Source of the DNA: an uncultured bacterium | Lineage (GTDB): Bacteria > Auribacterota > Auribacteria > Auribacterales > Auribacteraceae | NCBI GenBank assembly: GCA_964451165.1 | Contig: CAYVGJ010000019.1 | Location: 1,524-65,523, forward strand | Length of the DNA stretch: 64,000 bases | Reading direction: 5' to 3' | Shown here: piece after piece, positions 9,775 through 19,050 of the stretch | Numbering within the stretch: the stretch's first letter is position 1 | Layout: each line of letters starts with the position of its first letter | Position numbers and translations under genes: made by a program | The notes under the pieces: generated by a model | Databases searched by the model: none | Told to the model about the DNA's origin: nothing | The model's input: the letters and a program-made list of their open reading frames with translations, nothing else

Positions 9775-11130
9775 ATGATAAAGAAAATAGTATGCTCATC
9801 AATACTATTGATATGTATATATGGTAATTTAGCTGAATGCAGTGATCCTAATCAGAAAAAACTACATATATTACCTACCATAGCTTTAATTGATGAAGTC
9901 GGAAATAAACTTCCTGGGAATAATCCGGCCAGGTTGACGAATACAAATTATGGACCATATGTTCCAGGTGCGGTTGTGCAGTTAATATCGGCTGGAGCGG
10001 ATAATATAGCTAATCCTCCTTCAGAGAACGGTGGAGTTACCGGAGATGACGTTTTAATATCCACTCATGCTATAGGAGAAGGTATAAATATACTTTATAA
10101 TATAACCGGTAAGTTCGATATTATTCTTTTTGAACCAAATATACCTACCGGTTCAATATACATAAGAGTTTTTAATAAGGCTTCTCTTATTTCCTCAACT
10201 TACTATGGTCAAACGCAAGTAGTTTTCGTAAGTTTACTTCCATACCAATCAAATGGTCTTGACATATATTTTTATGTCAACAATCATGGGCTGACTCAAA
10301 CAAATATTCCTATTGTAAAATCACTGGTTGCCGATGCCGGGGGGCCATATATAATAAACGAAGGTGAAGCAATATCCTTGGATGCGAGCAATACAACTGA
10401 TGCAGATACCCCGATAGAAAACCTGACTTTTCAATGGGATCTCGATTGCGATGGGTTATACGATGACGCTCAAGGTGTTTCACCAGTATATACATGGAAT
10501 GACAATACCGAAATTACCATAGGATTGATGGTTACTGATCCGGACAATCATGTTTCATATTCGTCGGCACAAGTAACGGTGATAAATTCAAATCCTTTAC
10601 TGGCGGATCTTTCCGATATTCATAAATATCCGGATGAGGAAATAAATATAAATACGACTTATACTGATTCAGGTTCCGATGATACTCATACTCTGGATAT
10701 TGATTGGGGTGATGGAACCATAGTTAATGGAATGAATGTATCCAATGGCACAATAAGTTTATCCCATTCATATAATGTTGCGGGTTTATATGCAGTATCA
10801 ATTACAATTACTGACAAAGATGGAGGCACTGATAGTAAAACATTAACCGCTACAGTATATGAAAAAGAAATAGCACCGTCAATAGCTCAGGATCCCGACA
10901 TGAGTTTTTCAATATCATGGAATGCGATACCGGGCAGGGAATATAAAATTTATTACACCGACACGTATATAAATTATGGCACAACTATAAACTGGCAATT
11001 AGCCGGAGCTGTAATTGGCAATCAGTTTAAAGATTCCGGTGATCAAGATGGTTATGATAATATCAGTGGAACTTCCGATGACAGGCCTCACCCCGCAATG
11101 GTGAAATTAAGATTATATAAGATCGAATAA
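9775..11130 (+). CDS. Secreted PKD-domain protein, large paralog B2. It lacks the ~250-aa C-terminal extension present in B1.
   Basis: The N-terminal domain is near-identical to B1 (KLHI..GNKLPGNNPAR.TNT.YGPYVPGAVVQLIS.GADNIANPPSE.GGVTGDDVL.STHAIGEG), and a ~47-nt DNA stretch is shared. PKD motifs include FQWDLDCDGLYDD and DIDWGDGT. It ends ...RLYKIE*. Confidence 0.8.
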   Translation: MIKKIVCSSILLICIYGNLAECSDPNQKKLHILPTIALIDEVGNKLPGNNPARLTNTNYGPYVPGAVVQLISAGADNIANPPSENGGVTGDDVLISTHAIGEGINILYNITGKFDIILFEPNIPTGSIYIRVFNKASLISSTYYGQTQVVFVSLLPYQSNGLDIYFYVNNHGLTQTNIPIVKSLVADAGGPYIINEGEAISLDASNTTDADTPIENLTFQWDLDCDGLYDDAQGVSPVYTWNDNTEITIGLMVTDPDNHVSYSSAQVTVINSNPLLADLSDIHKYPDEEININTTYTDSGSDDTHTLDIDWGDGTIVNGMNVSNGTISLSHSYNVAGLYAVSITITDKDGGTDSKTLTATVYEKEIAPSIAQDPDMSFSISWNAIPGREYKIYYTDTYINYGTTINWQLAGAVIGNQFKDSGDQDGYDNISGTSDDRPHPAMVKLRLYKIE

Positions 11131-11243
11131 TAAAGAAAATAATCATCCTGCATATTACTGACCTAAAAATAAATAAATTATGCAAAATGATCTATATTTT
11201 TTACATAATATCCGATATATATAATAAAATATAGGTGAATTTA

Positions 11244-12650
11244 GTGGATAGAAGATTATCATCGTTTCTAATAATAGTCGTCTTTGTTTTTATTGCGGAT
11301 TGTATTTATGCAGAACTTAATCTTACTCTTTTTAATGCGGACGATTATACATCTCCGGCGACACACCGGATGATTGATAACGATACCGGAGAACACATTC
11401 AAACGGGATCGTTGGTTCAATTAATTTGGACTGGCCCAAATGGTGTTATGGATACGGTAAATACAGATAATTTTCAGCCTGCTGGTGATGATCAATTACT
11501 ACAATTTGATTTTAATGCTTCCGATGGTTCCAAAGATGCAATAGTATATGTTGGAACTGGTTATGCTGAAGAAGGAGAAGGAAGGTTGATTGTTGATTTC
11601 CCTTTTATAAATCTTGCGGATTATGACCCAAACTCGAATCCTGAAAATATAAAAGTTTATGTTAGGTTTTTTAACGTAAGTGATCCTGTAGAATCAAAAA
11701 ATCAAGGGTTTCCAATGGGATCTATAAATTGGGGCGAATCTAAGATCTTTTCATTGCCTTCACCGGATATGTTTGGGTTTGGAGAACTTGATTTTGCTCC
11801 TGAAGGACCGTTATATACAACACATACTTTATATGAGTCACAAAATAAATCACCGCAGGCAAGTGCAGGAGGCCCGTACTTAGGTTCAGAAGGAACAGAA
11901 ATTACACTTGATGCATCAAATACAATAGATCCAGACGAAAGCAACTCATCATTGATATTCGAATGGGACCTTGATTGTGATGGGCAATATGACGATGCTG
12001 AAGGTATGACACCTGCCTTTACATGGGATGATGACGCCGATATAATTATTTCTTTAAAGGTAACTGATTCAGCGGACACGATTTCATATTCGAGCGCGAG
12101 AGTATTGATACAAAATATTGCGCCTGTCTTAAATGGTACAAAAGATAAAACTATAAATGAAGGCGAGTTTGCTGATTTTTCAATGATTTATTCAGATGCC
12201 GGTACGGAAGATTCGCATACTGTCACGATAAACTGGGGTAATGACGAAAATATCTATAACATACCGGTATCAAATGGCTTAATAGAATTTTCCCACAAAT
12301 ATCTATATAGTGGTAATTATAAAGTCTGTGTTTATTTATATGACGACGACGGAGCAAAAGTTGAAGAAACATTTTATGTTGCTGTTAAGAAAATCCCGGT
12401 TGAAACAGTTATTAGTCTGGAATCCAATGGGAATATCAAATTGAATTGGAATAATATTTCAGGAAGGGAATACAAAATATTTTACTGCGATCGATTTGAA
12501 GCTGGTGTTAGCTGGTTTCTGGCAAATAAAATTATAGGTGGAAACTATATTGATTGCGGTGATAGCGATGGTTACGATAATATTCTCGGTACTGAAGATG
12601 ACAGGCTACATCCTTCAGGTGTTTTAATTCGATTATATAAGATCGAATAA
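11244..12650 (+). CDS. Secreted protein that combines an A-type N-terminal domain with B-type PKD domains and has no PEP-CTERM tail. Paralog AB3.
   Basis: The track ORF starts at the GTG at 11235. The GTG at 11244 is preferred because AGGTGA lies 5 nt upstream. The N-terminus (LVQLIWTGPNGVMD...GDDQLLQFDF...NIKVYVRFFNVSDP) matches the A paralogs. The middle and C-terminus (FEWDLDCDGQYDD, TINWGNDEN, DGYDNILGTEDDRLHP...RLYKIE*) match the B paralogs. The final 20 nt are identical to the 3' end of the 9775 gene. Confidence 0.7.
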   Translation: MDRRLSSFLIIVVFVFIADCIYAELNLTLFNADDYTSPATHRMIDNDTGEHIQTGSLVQLIWTGPNGVMDTVNTDNFQPAGDDQLLQFDFNASDGSKDAIVYVGTGYAEEGEGRLIVDFPFINLADYDPNSNPENIKVYVRFFNVSDPVESKNQGFPMGSINWGESKIFSLPSPDMFGFGELDFAPEGPLYTTHTLYESQNKSPQASAGGPYLGSEGTEITLDASNTIDPDESNSSLIFEWDLDCDGQYDDAEGMTPAFTWDDDADIIISLKVTDSADTISYSSARVLIQNIAPVLNGTKDKTINEGEFADFSMIYSDAGTEDSHTVTINWGNDENIYNIPVSNGLIEFSHKYLYSGNYKVCVYLYDDDGAKVEETFYVAVKKIPVETVISLESNGNIKLNWNNISGREYKIFYCDRFEAGVSWFLANKIIGGNYIDCGDSDGYDNILGTEDDRLHPSGVLIRLYKIE

Positions 12651-12733
12651 TTCATTTTTTTTGTCAGACTGGTTTTTTACATTTTATAATTACAATAAAA
12701 ATTGTTTTTAAATTTTTCAGCAAGGAGGGTAAA

Positions 12734-14062
12734 ATGGGTAAAACATCTCTGATTGTACTTGATATTGTGGGTTTATCACCTGCTTTACTTAAATATAAAG
12801 ATCGAATACCTAATATAAATTCAATAATCACTAAGAATGGCTTTTTGAGTTTAAAACCGCCATTTCCGGCGTTAACCTGTACTTTTCAGGCGAGCCTGAC
12901 TACAGGAGAAACACCTTCATCACACGGTTCTGTTTGTAACGGTATTTATGATAGAAAAACGAGGGAAGTTAGTTTCTGGGGGAGGTACAACAGTATTTTA
13001 TCAGCAGACAGAATCTGGAAAAAATTAAATATAAAAACAAGTGTTCTTTTTTTTCAAAACAGTGTTTATTGCGAGGCGGATTATGTAGTTACACCTGCGC
13101 CCATACATAATCATGACGGAAGCATGATTATGTGGTGTTACTCAAAACCTGCAAATTTGTATTCTGAACTTATTGATGGTTTGGGAAGGCCTTTTAATCT
13201 GATGAATTTTTGGGGGCCGATGACTTCATTTGAATCATCAAAATGGATCTTTGATGCGGCAAAGTATGTATTTGAAAAATATTCTCCCGAATTGAATTAT
13301 ATTTATATTCCACATTTGGACTATAGTTCCCAAAAGTTTGGGCCATTTGCATCCCAGACGCTTGATGATCTGGTTAAAGTTGATGAACTTGTGGGAGAAT
13401 TAAAAGATTTTGCGGGCAAAAAGGGAGCGGGTATTATTATTTTATCTGAATATGGTTTGGTTGAAGTAAAACAAGGGATAGATATAAATAGAATTTTTAG
13501 AAAAAATAACTGGTTGAAGACAATATCAATTCAAGGGAAAGAATATATTGATTTTGAATCCAGCAATGCTTTTGCCATGGTTGACCATCAAATAGCACAT
13601 ATCTATATACAAGATAAAAACATTATCAAAGATATCAAATCAGCTATAGAAAATATTGATGGTGTTGATTATGTTTTAGATTCGACAACAAAAAAAGATT
13701 ACAAAATCGATCATCCTAATAGTGGCGAACTTATAGCTGTTGCTAAAAAAGATAGCTGGTTCGATTACTATTGGTGGTTGGATGATGCTTGTGCTCCCGG
13801 ATTTACCCGGACCGTCGATATACATAGAAAACCCGGATACGATCCTCTGGAACTTTTCTTTGATCCGTCAATAAAAGGTATACCGTATAATACCGGGCTG
13901 ATAAAGGGGTCCCACGGTAGGCCTGCGTTTGCGGAAGATGAACTTGCGGTTTTTATCGCTGATATTCCCGGTTGGGATTATTCAGCGTTTTTCGGAATCG
14001 AAACTGAGCTTGTTACTGCTGAGGATGTTGGAAAAGCGGTTAAAAAATATTTCCTCGGTTAA
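12734..14062 (+). CDS. Alkaline-phosphatase-superfamily protein of the type I phosphodiesterase/nucleotide pyrophosphatase family (EboF-like).
   Basis: MGKTSLIVLDIVGLSP...LTCTFQASLTTGETPSSHGS fits the NPP/AP nucleophile-region pattern T-F-x4-[ST]-x2-TG-x2-P-x2-HG. Strong SD (AGGAGGG). Confidence 0.7.
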   Translation: MGKTSLIVLDIVGLSPALLKYKDRIPNINSIITKNGFLSLKPPFPALTCTFQASLTTGETPSSHGSVCNGIYDRKTREVSFWGRYNSILSADRIWKKLNIKTSVLFFQNSVYCEADYVVTPAPIHNHDGSMIMWCYSKPANLYSELIDGLGRPFNLMNFWGPMTSFESSKWIFDAAKYVFEKYSPELNYIYIPHLDYSSQKFGPFASQTLDDLVKVDELVGELKDFAGKKGAGIIILSEYGLVEVKQGIDINRIFRKNNWLKTISIQGKEYIDFESSNAFAMVDHQIAHIYIQDKNIIKDIKSAIENIDGVDYVLDSTTKKDYKIDHPNSGELIAVAKKDSWFDYYWWLDDACAPGFTRTVDIHRKPGYDPLELFFDPSIKGIPYNTGLIKGSHGRPAFAEDELAVFIADIPGWDYSAFFGIETELVTAEDVGKAVKKYFLG

Positions 14063-14077
14063 TAGAAGGGATTGTAG

Positions 14078-15298
14078 ATGGAAAATCATAATGATAATAA
14101 TAAAATTGGTGTATGGCTTATTGGCGCATTTGGATCGGTTGCTTCATGCGTTATTCTTGGGTCACAAGCTATAGCGAAAAAAAGGTGTTCATCGATCGGA
14201 CTTATTACAGAACATAATTTCGCCCGTGATATTGATTTCATTGATTTCAACAATATTGTATTTGGAGGTGTGGATGTCCGCAAAGGTGATATTTATTCTA
14301 CATTAACCGATCTTCATGAACGGGCTAATGTAATTTCTTCAAAACTAATTGAGGAATTTTCGTGCGAATTAAAAAATATTAATGGAAATATCTGTGCGGG
14401 ATTAAATCTTAATTGCGGCAAAGCAATAGATAACATTGCCGACGGTGATACATTATGCAATCAGATGTCACTGGAGGAAATTATAAAACATATAAAGGCA
14501 GATCTAAACCGATTTAAAATTAATAATCATTTATCGCATGTTATTGTTGTAAATGTTGCGTCTACTGAGCAATATATGCAAATTCAGGATCAAGATTCAA
14601 CCTTTGAAGGGATTAAAACAGCTATATCTGAGAATAAAAAATGTATATATCCGGCGAGTGTAATTTATGCCTGGGCGTCAATAGACGCTGGATGTTCGTA
14701 TATAAATTTTACTCCATCGATTGGGGCATCTCTTGATGGTGTAAAAGAGCTGGCGCACGAGAAAAAAGTACCGATATCGGGTAACGATGGAAAAACAGGA
14801 GAAACATTGATAAAATCCGTCCTTGCGCCAATGTTCGTATATCGCAACCTTGAGGTATTAAGCTGGGAGGGTTATAATCTGCTTGGCAATTATGATGGGT
14901 TAGTGCTGAACGATCCAAAAAACAAAGAGACAAAAATCAGGTCGAAAAACCGGTCTTTGACAAAAATACTCGGATATCAGCCTCATTCATCTGTTCATAT
15001 AGATATGGTTCCATCGCTGAATGATTGGAAAATTGCCTGGGATTTCATTCATTTTAAAGGGTTTATGGAAACACCGATGATTATGCAGGTTGTCTGGCAG
15101 GGTTGCGATTCAATTCTCGCCGCGCCACTGATTCTTGATTTGATAAGATTTACGGATTTAGCGAAACGATACGGTGAATACGGTGTGCAGAACCATCTGG
15201 CATGTTTTTTTAAGGATCCAATAGACTGTGATAACTATGATATGAGTACCCAATTTGAAAAGCTCGTGATATATATGAATTTAAAAAGGCGTAACTGA
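14078..15298 (+). CDS. Myo-inositol-1-phosphate synthase family protein (archaeal/bacterial-type IPS-like NAD-dependent sugar-phosphate cyclase).
   Basis: KIGVWLIGAFGSVAS (cf. archaeal MIPS KVWLVGAYGIVST), NDGKTGETLIKSVLAPMFVYRNLEV, HFKGF and AAPLILDLIRF match conserved MIPS motifs. Length is 406 aa. Confidence 0.8.
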   Translation: MENHNDNNKIGVWLIGAFGSVASCVILGSQAIAKKRCSSIGLITEHNFARDIDFIDFNNIVFGGVDVRKGDIYSTLTDLHERANVISSKLIEEFSCELKNINGNICAGLNLNCGKAIDNIADGDTLCNQMSLEEIIKHIKADLNRFKINNHLSHVIVVNVASTEQYMQIQDQDSTFEGIKTAISENKKCIYPASVIYAWASIDAGCSYINFTPSIGASLDGVKELAHEKKVPISGNDGKTGETLIKSVLAPMFVYRNLEVLSWEGYNLLGNYDGLVLNDPKNKETKIRSKNRSLTKILGYQPHSSVHIDMVPSLNDWKIAWDFIHFKGFMETPMIMQVVWQGCDSILAAPLILDLIRFTDLAKRYGEYGVQNHLACFFKDPIDCDNYDMSTQFEKLVIYMNLKRRN

Positions 15299-16785
15299 TG
15301 GATTTTTTGTTCGGAATAATTTTTAGGGAGAATATCGATCATTTAATCAGGGAAAAACGATTCTGGTTAATTGTAATAACAATATTTTTTATATTCGGAT
15401 TGTTTGTTGCTATCGATTTATCTTCTGCTTTACCTGTTGAAAACTACCATGCCGAAGGAAGAATTTTTTTCCCTCCTGAGTTTACCAGAAAATTAATATT
15501 TTTTCAGGTAATAGCGTTTTTATTTACTTTACCTTTTTTATCATCTTTACCAATATATTTAAATAAAGATAAGAAAAGGGAATCTATTATTTTATCATCG
15601 CCATATAACAAAGCAAAAATAGCAGTTCAGCGAATTATGGCTGTTCTGGTGCCGGTATTTCTTATTCAGATTTTATTCTTTACAATTCTTTTTTTGTCAA
15701 TGTATATAAATCATGACGCAACCTGTTTGACAATTTTAAAATCACAGCTGATTTTACTTGTTCTATCAGTATTTTATCTTTGTTCGGGTTTGTTTTTGGG
15801 GCTTTTATTAAAATCATCTTTCTTTCCATTGTTCGTAAATTCCATATTAACTATTTTTCTTATCTTTGATATTTACATTATTGGACCGTTACTATCTACT
15901 ATTTCTGAGCCTGAAACAATAATCGATTTTGCACTTTTGATAAACCCGTTTTCTGTTATTTCATCGGCGATAAATTACGACGTGATGCGATCTGGATTTT
16001 TGTATCAGACCGCGCAAGTTGTTATGTATCGTTTTAATTATCCTTCGATTATGGAATTTTTTGGTGTTTTTGGTATTGCCAGCCTCGTAATGTTTCTTTT
16101 TGGTGTTCTTATAATGTTTAAATCAAAAAATATTTGTGATGATATTTTCAATAAAAAATCAAATGAGGTTGTCGACATTAAATTTGAACTTGATAATTCT
16201 ATAGATCTTTTGATCTCTCAAAGAAGATATGATGCCTTAACAAAATTATTATCGGATAAATTTGGATCAAAGAAAAAAGTTTCTCAATTTCTCGGCAATA
16301 TAGGGTTTGTTTCTGATTCTAATGCATATCCATATGATTGGGAAACGCCTTGTTTTCATCTTGTTTTTTTCGCCAAACTTTATGGTGAAAAAAATGAAAA
16401 AATAGAAACTATCCTGAAAGAAGCTGGATTAAGTGAATATTCTTATAAAAAAATGAAAGATTTAACCGAATCTCAAAAAAAGCTTATCGTACTTTTACGG
16501 TCATTGATAAATAAAAGTGAATTGATTATTTGGGATAACCCTTTTCCCTCGCTTGAAGATCGCGATAGAAAAATAGCGTTGCGAATATTGAGGAAATTTA
16601 TCGGAAATGATAAAAAGGCGATCATAATATCACCAACAGTCTGTGATATTATTAATTATGGAGATATCGATAGAATAATATATCTAACTAACAACAAGAA
16701 TAGTTTTGATTTAAAATCGGACAAAATTAACGAAGAAATTCTTTATAAAATTTTTTCCGGCTGGAAACATGAAAATCAAAAGTGA
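15298..16785 (+). CDS. Polytopic membrane protein with a C-terminal ABC-ATPase-like domain in which all catalytic motifs are degenerate (pseudo-NBD).
   Basis: The N-terminal ~270 aa are hydrophobic with at least 6 TM helices. The C-terminal ~215 aa align to an ABC nucleotide-binding domain, for example NIGFVSDSNAYPYDW...FFAKLYG against RIGYVPQE...LTV.ENL.FFARLYG. The Walker A site is destroyed (SQRRYDALT replaces GPNGAGKST). The signature motif is LTESQ rather than LSGGQ. In Walker B (LIIWDNPFPSLED) the catalytic Glu is Asn. The H-loop His is Pro (AIIISPT). The start overlaps the MIPS-like stop in an ATGA arrangement. Confidence 0.6.
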   Translation: MDFLFGIIFRENIDHLIREKRFWLIVITIFFIFGLFVAIDLSSALPVENYHAEGRIFFPPEFTRKLIFFQVIAFLFTLPFLSSLPIYLNKDKKRESIILSSPYNKAKIAVQRIMAVLVPVFLIQILFFTILFLSMYINHDATCLTILKSQLILLVLSVFYLCSGLFLGLLLKSSFFPLFVNSILTIFLIFDIYIIGPLLSTISEPETIIDFALLINPFSVISSAINYDVMRSGFLYQTAQVVMYRFNYPSIMEFFGVFGIASLVMFLFGVLIMFKSKNICDDIFNKKSNEVVDIKFELDNSIDLLISQRRYDALTKLLSDKFGSKKKVSQFLGNIGFVSDSNAYPYDWETPCFHLVFFAKLYGEKNEKIETILKEAGLSEYSYKKMKDLTESQKKLIVLLRSLINKSELIIWDNPFPSLEDRDRKIALRILRKFIGNDKKAIIISPTVCDIINYGDIDRIIYLTNNKNSFDLKSDKINEEILYKIFSGWKHENQK

Positions 16786-18043
16786 AAACAATAATTATAA
16801 GAGTATAAATAATTTTTTTAAAAAAATATTATTTATTCAGAAGTGTTACAAATTAGAGATATTATTCTACCGGTGTGTCATTTTTATTTTGTTTTTTCTA
16901 AATGTAATATTGATAAAAAATTTCTTCTCATATGGTTACCCATTTGAAAATATAATTTTAAACGGGTACTGTATCCTCATCGCAATATCAGTTACGGCAA
17001 TTTGTTTTATTTATAATTATTTTGTGAAAATAGATTTAAAAAAATATGTGAAACAGGCGGATAATTATCTTGAAATGTCTGACAGATTAACGGCATGTTA
17101 TGAGATAATATATTGTAAAATGGACTGGCATGATTGGTCTTCAGCAATTATATCTGATACAGCGGATATATTTATTAATAAAAAAATGAAGCTTATGCAG
17201 ATCTTCCCTTATAAAATGAAAAAAGAAATGATATACATTATAATACTCATTGGTGTAGCTCAAATTATAAATATTATTTCCAAAACAAATGTCGGAGAAA
17301 AAATACGTTCCGAAAGTTATGTAAAATACCTTAGTATTGAATCAGCCGGATTAAATCGTGTAGCTGAAAAAATGGAGACAAAAAATGATGATTTGCGAAT
17401 ATTAAGAGCTATACATAAACCGGCAACGGTAATGAAATATGTGGCGGATACCGGTCAGGGAGATCTGAAAAAAAGTAAGGCGTTTATTGTCGGGCTTCTT
17501 AAAGAAGCGGAAAAAACGTTAAAAAAAGAAATAATAGATAGGCCTGAAGACAAAAATATGAATTACACTTTATCAAGAATAAAAAAAATATCAAATACTC
17601 TTGAGAATCATTGGAAATCAGTTGATTTGAAACATAAAATAGACGAAAGTATAACTGGTGAATCAAAAGGGGATGGTGTCGGGAAAGGTTTGGGCAGAGT
17701 GTGGAAATCAAAAGAAGATAGTACGATTCACGACACTGCCAGTATGCGCAGGATTGTCGAGCTGATTGAAGAATCGGGAGTTGGTCAAAAAAACGCTGAT
17801 TCTTCTATTGGTAATGAATCGAAGTATAAAGATAAAAGTATTATTTATGATTCCACGACAGGAGGCGGGAGTAGTGACAAAAGCAAGGACATAACAAATA
17901 ATCGGAGTAAATCTGTAAACTCAAATACAGAAATATTACCGCTGATAAATTTTGATGGCGAAATAATAAAAGGCGCTGTTTGGATGGATGCTCTTCCGTC
18001 GAACAGAAAAGAATGTGTTAGAAAATATTTTTCATTTGAATAA
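16769..18043 (+). CDS. Membrane-anchored hypothetical protein (N-terminal TM helices, charged coiled-coil-like middle, Gly/Ser/Lys-rich C-terminal region).
   Basis: An ORF with hydrophobic N-terminal segments. It overlaps the upstream gene by 17 nt and lies directly upstream of moxR. This is the position where DUF4129/DUF4350-type membrane partners of MoxR systems are usually found. That assignment was not verified. Confidence 0.5.
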   Translation: MKIKSENNNYKSINNFFKKILFIQKCYKLEILFYRCVIFILFFLNVILIKNFFSYGYPFENIILNGYCILIAISVTAICFIYNYFVKIDLKKYVKQADNYLEMSDRLTACYEIIYCKMDWHDWSSAIISDTADIFINKKMKLMQIFPYKMKKEMIYIIILIGVAQIINIISKTNVGEKIRSESYVKYLSIESAGLNRVAEKMETKNDDLRILRAIHKPATVMKYVADTGQGDLKKSKAFIVGLLKEAEKTLKKEIIDRPEDKNMNYTLSRIKKISNTLENHWKSVDLKHKIDESITGESKGDGVGKGLGRVWKSKEDSTIHDTASMRRIVELIEESGVGQKNADSSIGNESKYKDKSIIYDSTTGGGSSDKSKDITNNRSKSVNSNTEILPLINFDGEIIKGAVWMDALPSNRKECVRKYFSFE

Positions 18044-18054
18044 CGGGTGATTAT

Positions 18055-19050
18055 ATGACTGAAAATATTATCGAATCTGTAGGAGAATTCAAAAAAAATT
18101 TTTTTGAAATGCGCGATGAGATTGGGAAAGTTGTTGTAGGCCACAATCAGATAATTGAATTTGTTCTTATAGCCCTGATTTCCGACGGACATGTTTTGCT
18201 CGAAGGTGTTCCTGGAATCGGGAAGACATTGTTGGTTAAGACATTAAGCGCGGTACTCGACCTGAAATATTCACGTGTGCAGTTTACACCGGATCTTATG
18301 CCGGCCGACATCATTGGTACACGAGTAATTTTGGAGAACGAATCGGGAGATAGGCAGTTCGATTTTCAACAGGGCCCTGTTTTTGCGAATATAATATTGG
18401 CGGATGAGATCAACAGGGCTTCACCGAAAACACAATCGGCTTTGCTTGAGGTTATGCAGGAACATAGCGTTACAGTAGCCGGAATGACATATAAAATAGA
18501 TAGCCCGTATATGGTTTTGGCTACACAAAATCCTGTTGAGATGGAGGGTACATATCCTTTGCCTGAAGCTGAGAAAGACAGGTTTATGTTTCAATTGAAC
18601 GTACTTTATCCTGATAAAAATGAACTGGTTGAAATAGGGAGGAGAATGGCGGGGAAAAAAACACATCAGGTTGAAAAAATTGCTGATTGTGCCACCATAA
18701 AATTTATGCATGAAATATCTCATGAAGTACCTTTGCCGGAATTGGTTGAGGAATTCGCCGTTAAACTGGTTATGGCTACTCATCCCGGATCGTCAACGAG
18801 TTCGTCTATGGTTCAGAGATATGTAAAATACGGAGCTAGCCCGCGGGCATTGATATCTATTATACGTGCGGCAAGAATAAAAGCTCTTTTAGCCGGAAGA
18901 TTTAATGTTAGTACCGAAGATATTTTATATGTGATACATCCTTGTTTAAGGCACAGGCTGATTCTCTCTTTTGAGGCCCAAGCGGAAGGTGTCAAGGTGG
19001 ATGAAATTATCGATAATGTTATCGAAAAATACCGAAATAGTTTGATATGA
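18055..19050 (+). CDS. moxR: MoxR-family AAA+ ATPase.
   Basis: Walker A is GVPGIGKT. Also LLEGVPGIGKTLLVKTLSAVLDLKYSRVQFTPDLMPADIIGT and ILADEINRASPKTQSALLEVMQE, which is the typical MoxR AAA_3 core. Confidence 0.9.
   Translation: MTENIIESVGEFKKNFFEMRDEIGKVVVGHNQIIEFVLIALISDGHVLLEGVPGIGKTLLVKTLSAVLDLKYSRVQFTPDLMPADIIGTRVILENESGDRQFDFQQGPVFANIILADEINRASPKTQSALLEVMQEHSVTVAGMTYKIDSPYMVLATQNPVEMEGTYPLPEAEKDRFMFQLNVLYPDKNELVEIGRRMAGKKTHQVEKIADCATIKFMHEISHEVPLPELVEEFAVKLVMATHPGSSTSSSMVQRYVKYGASPRALISIIRAARIKALLAGRFNVSTEDILYVIHPCLRHRLILSFEAQAEGVKVDEIIDNVIEKYRNSLI

Noticed and set aside
9775-9800. Start codon of the 9775 gene has no recognisable SD, and the alternative ATG at 9793 (MLIN...) was considered.
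   Set aside because: The first ATG gives a better signal peptide (MIKKIVCSSILLICIYGNLAEC). Neither start has a clear SD, so the track coordinates were kept.
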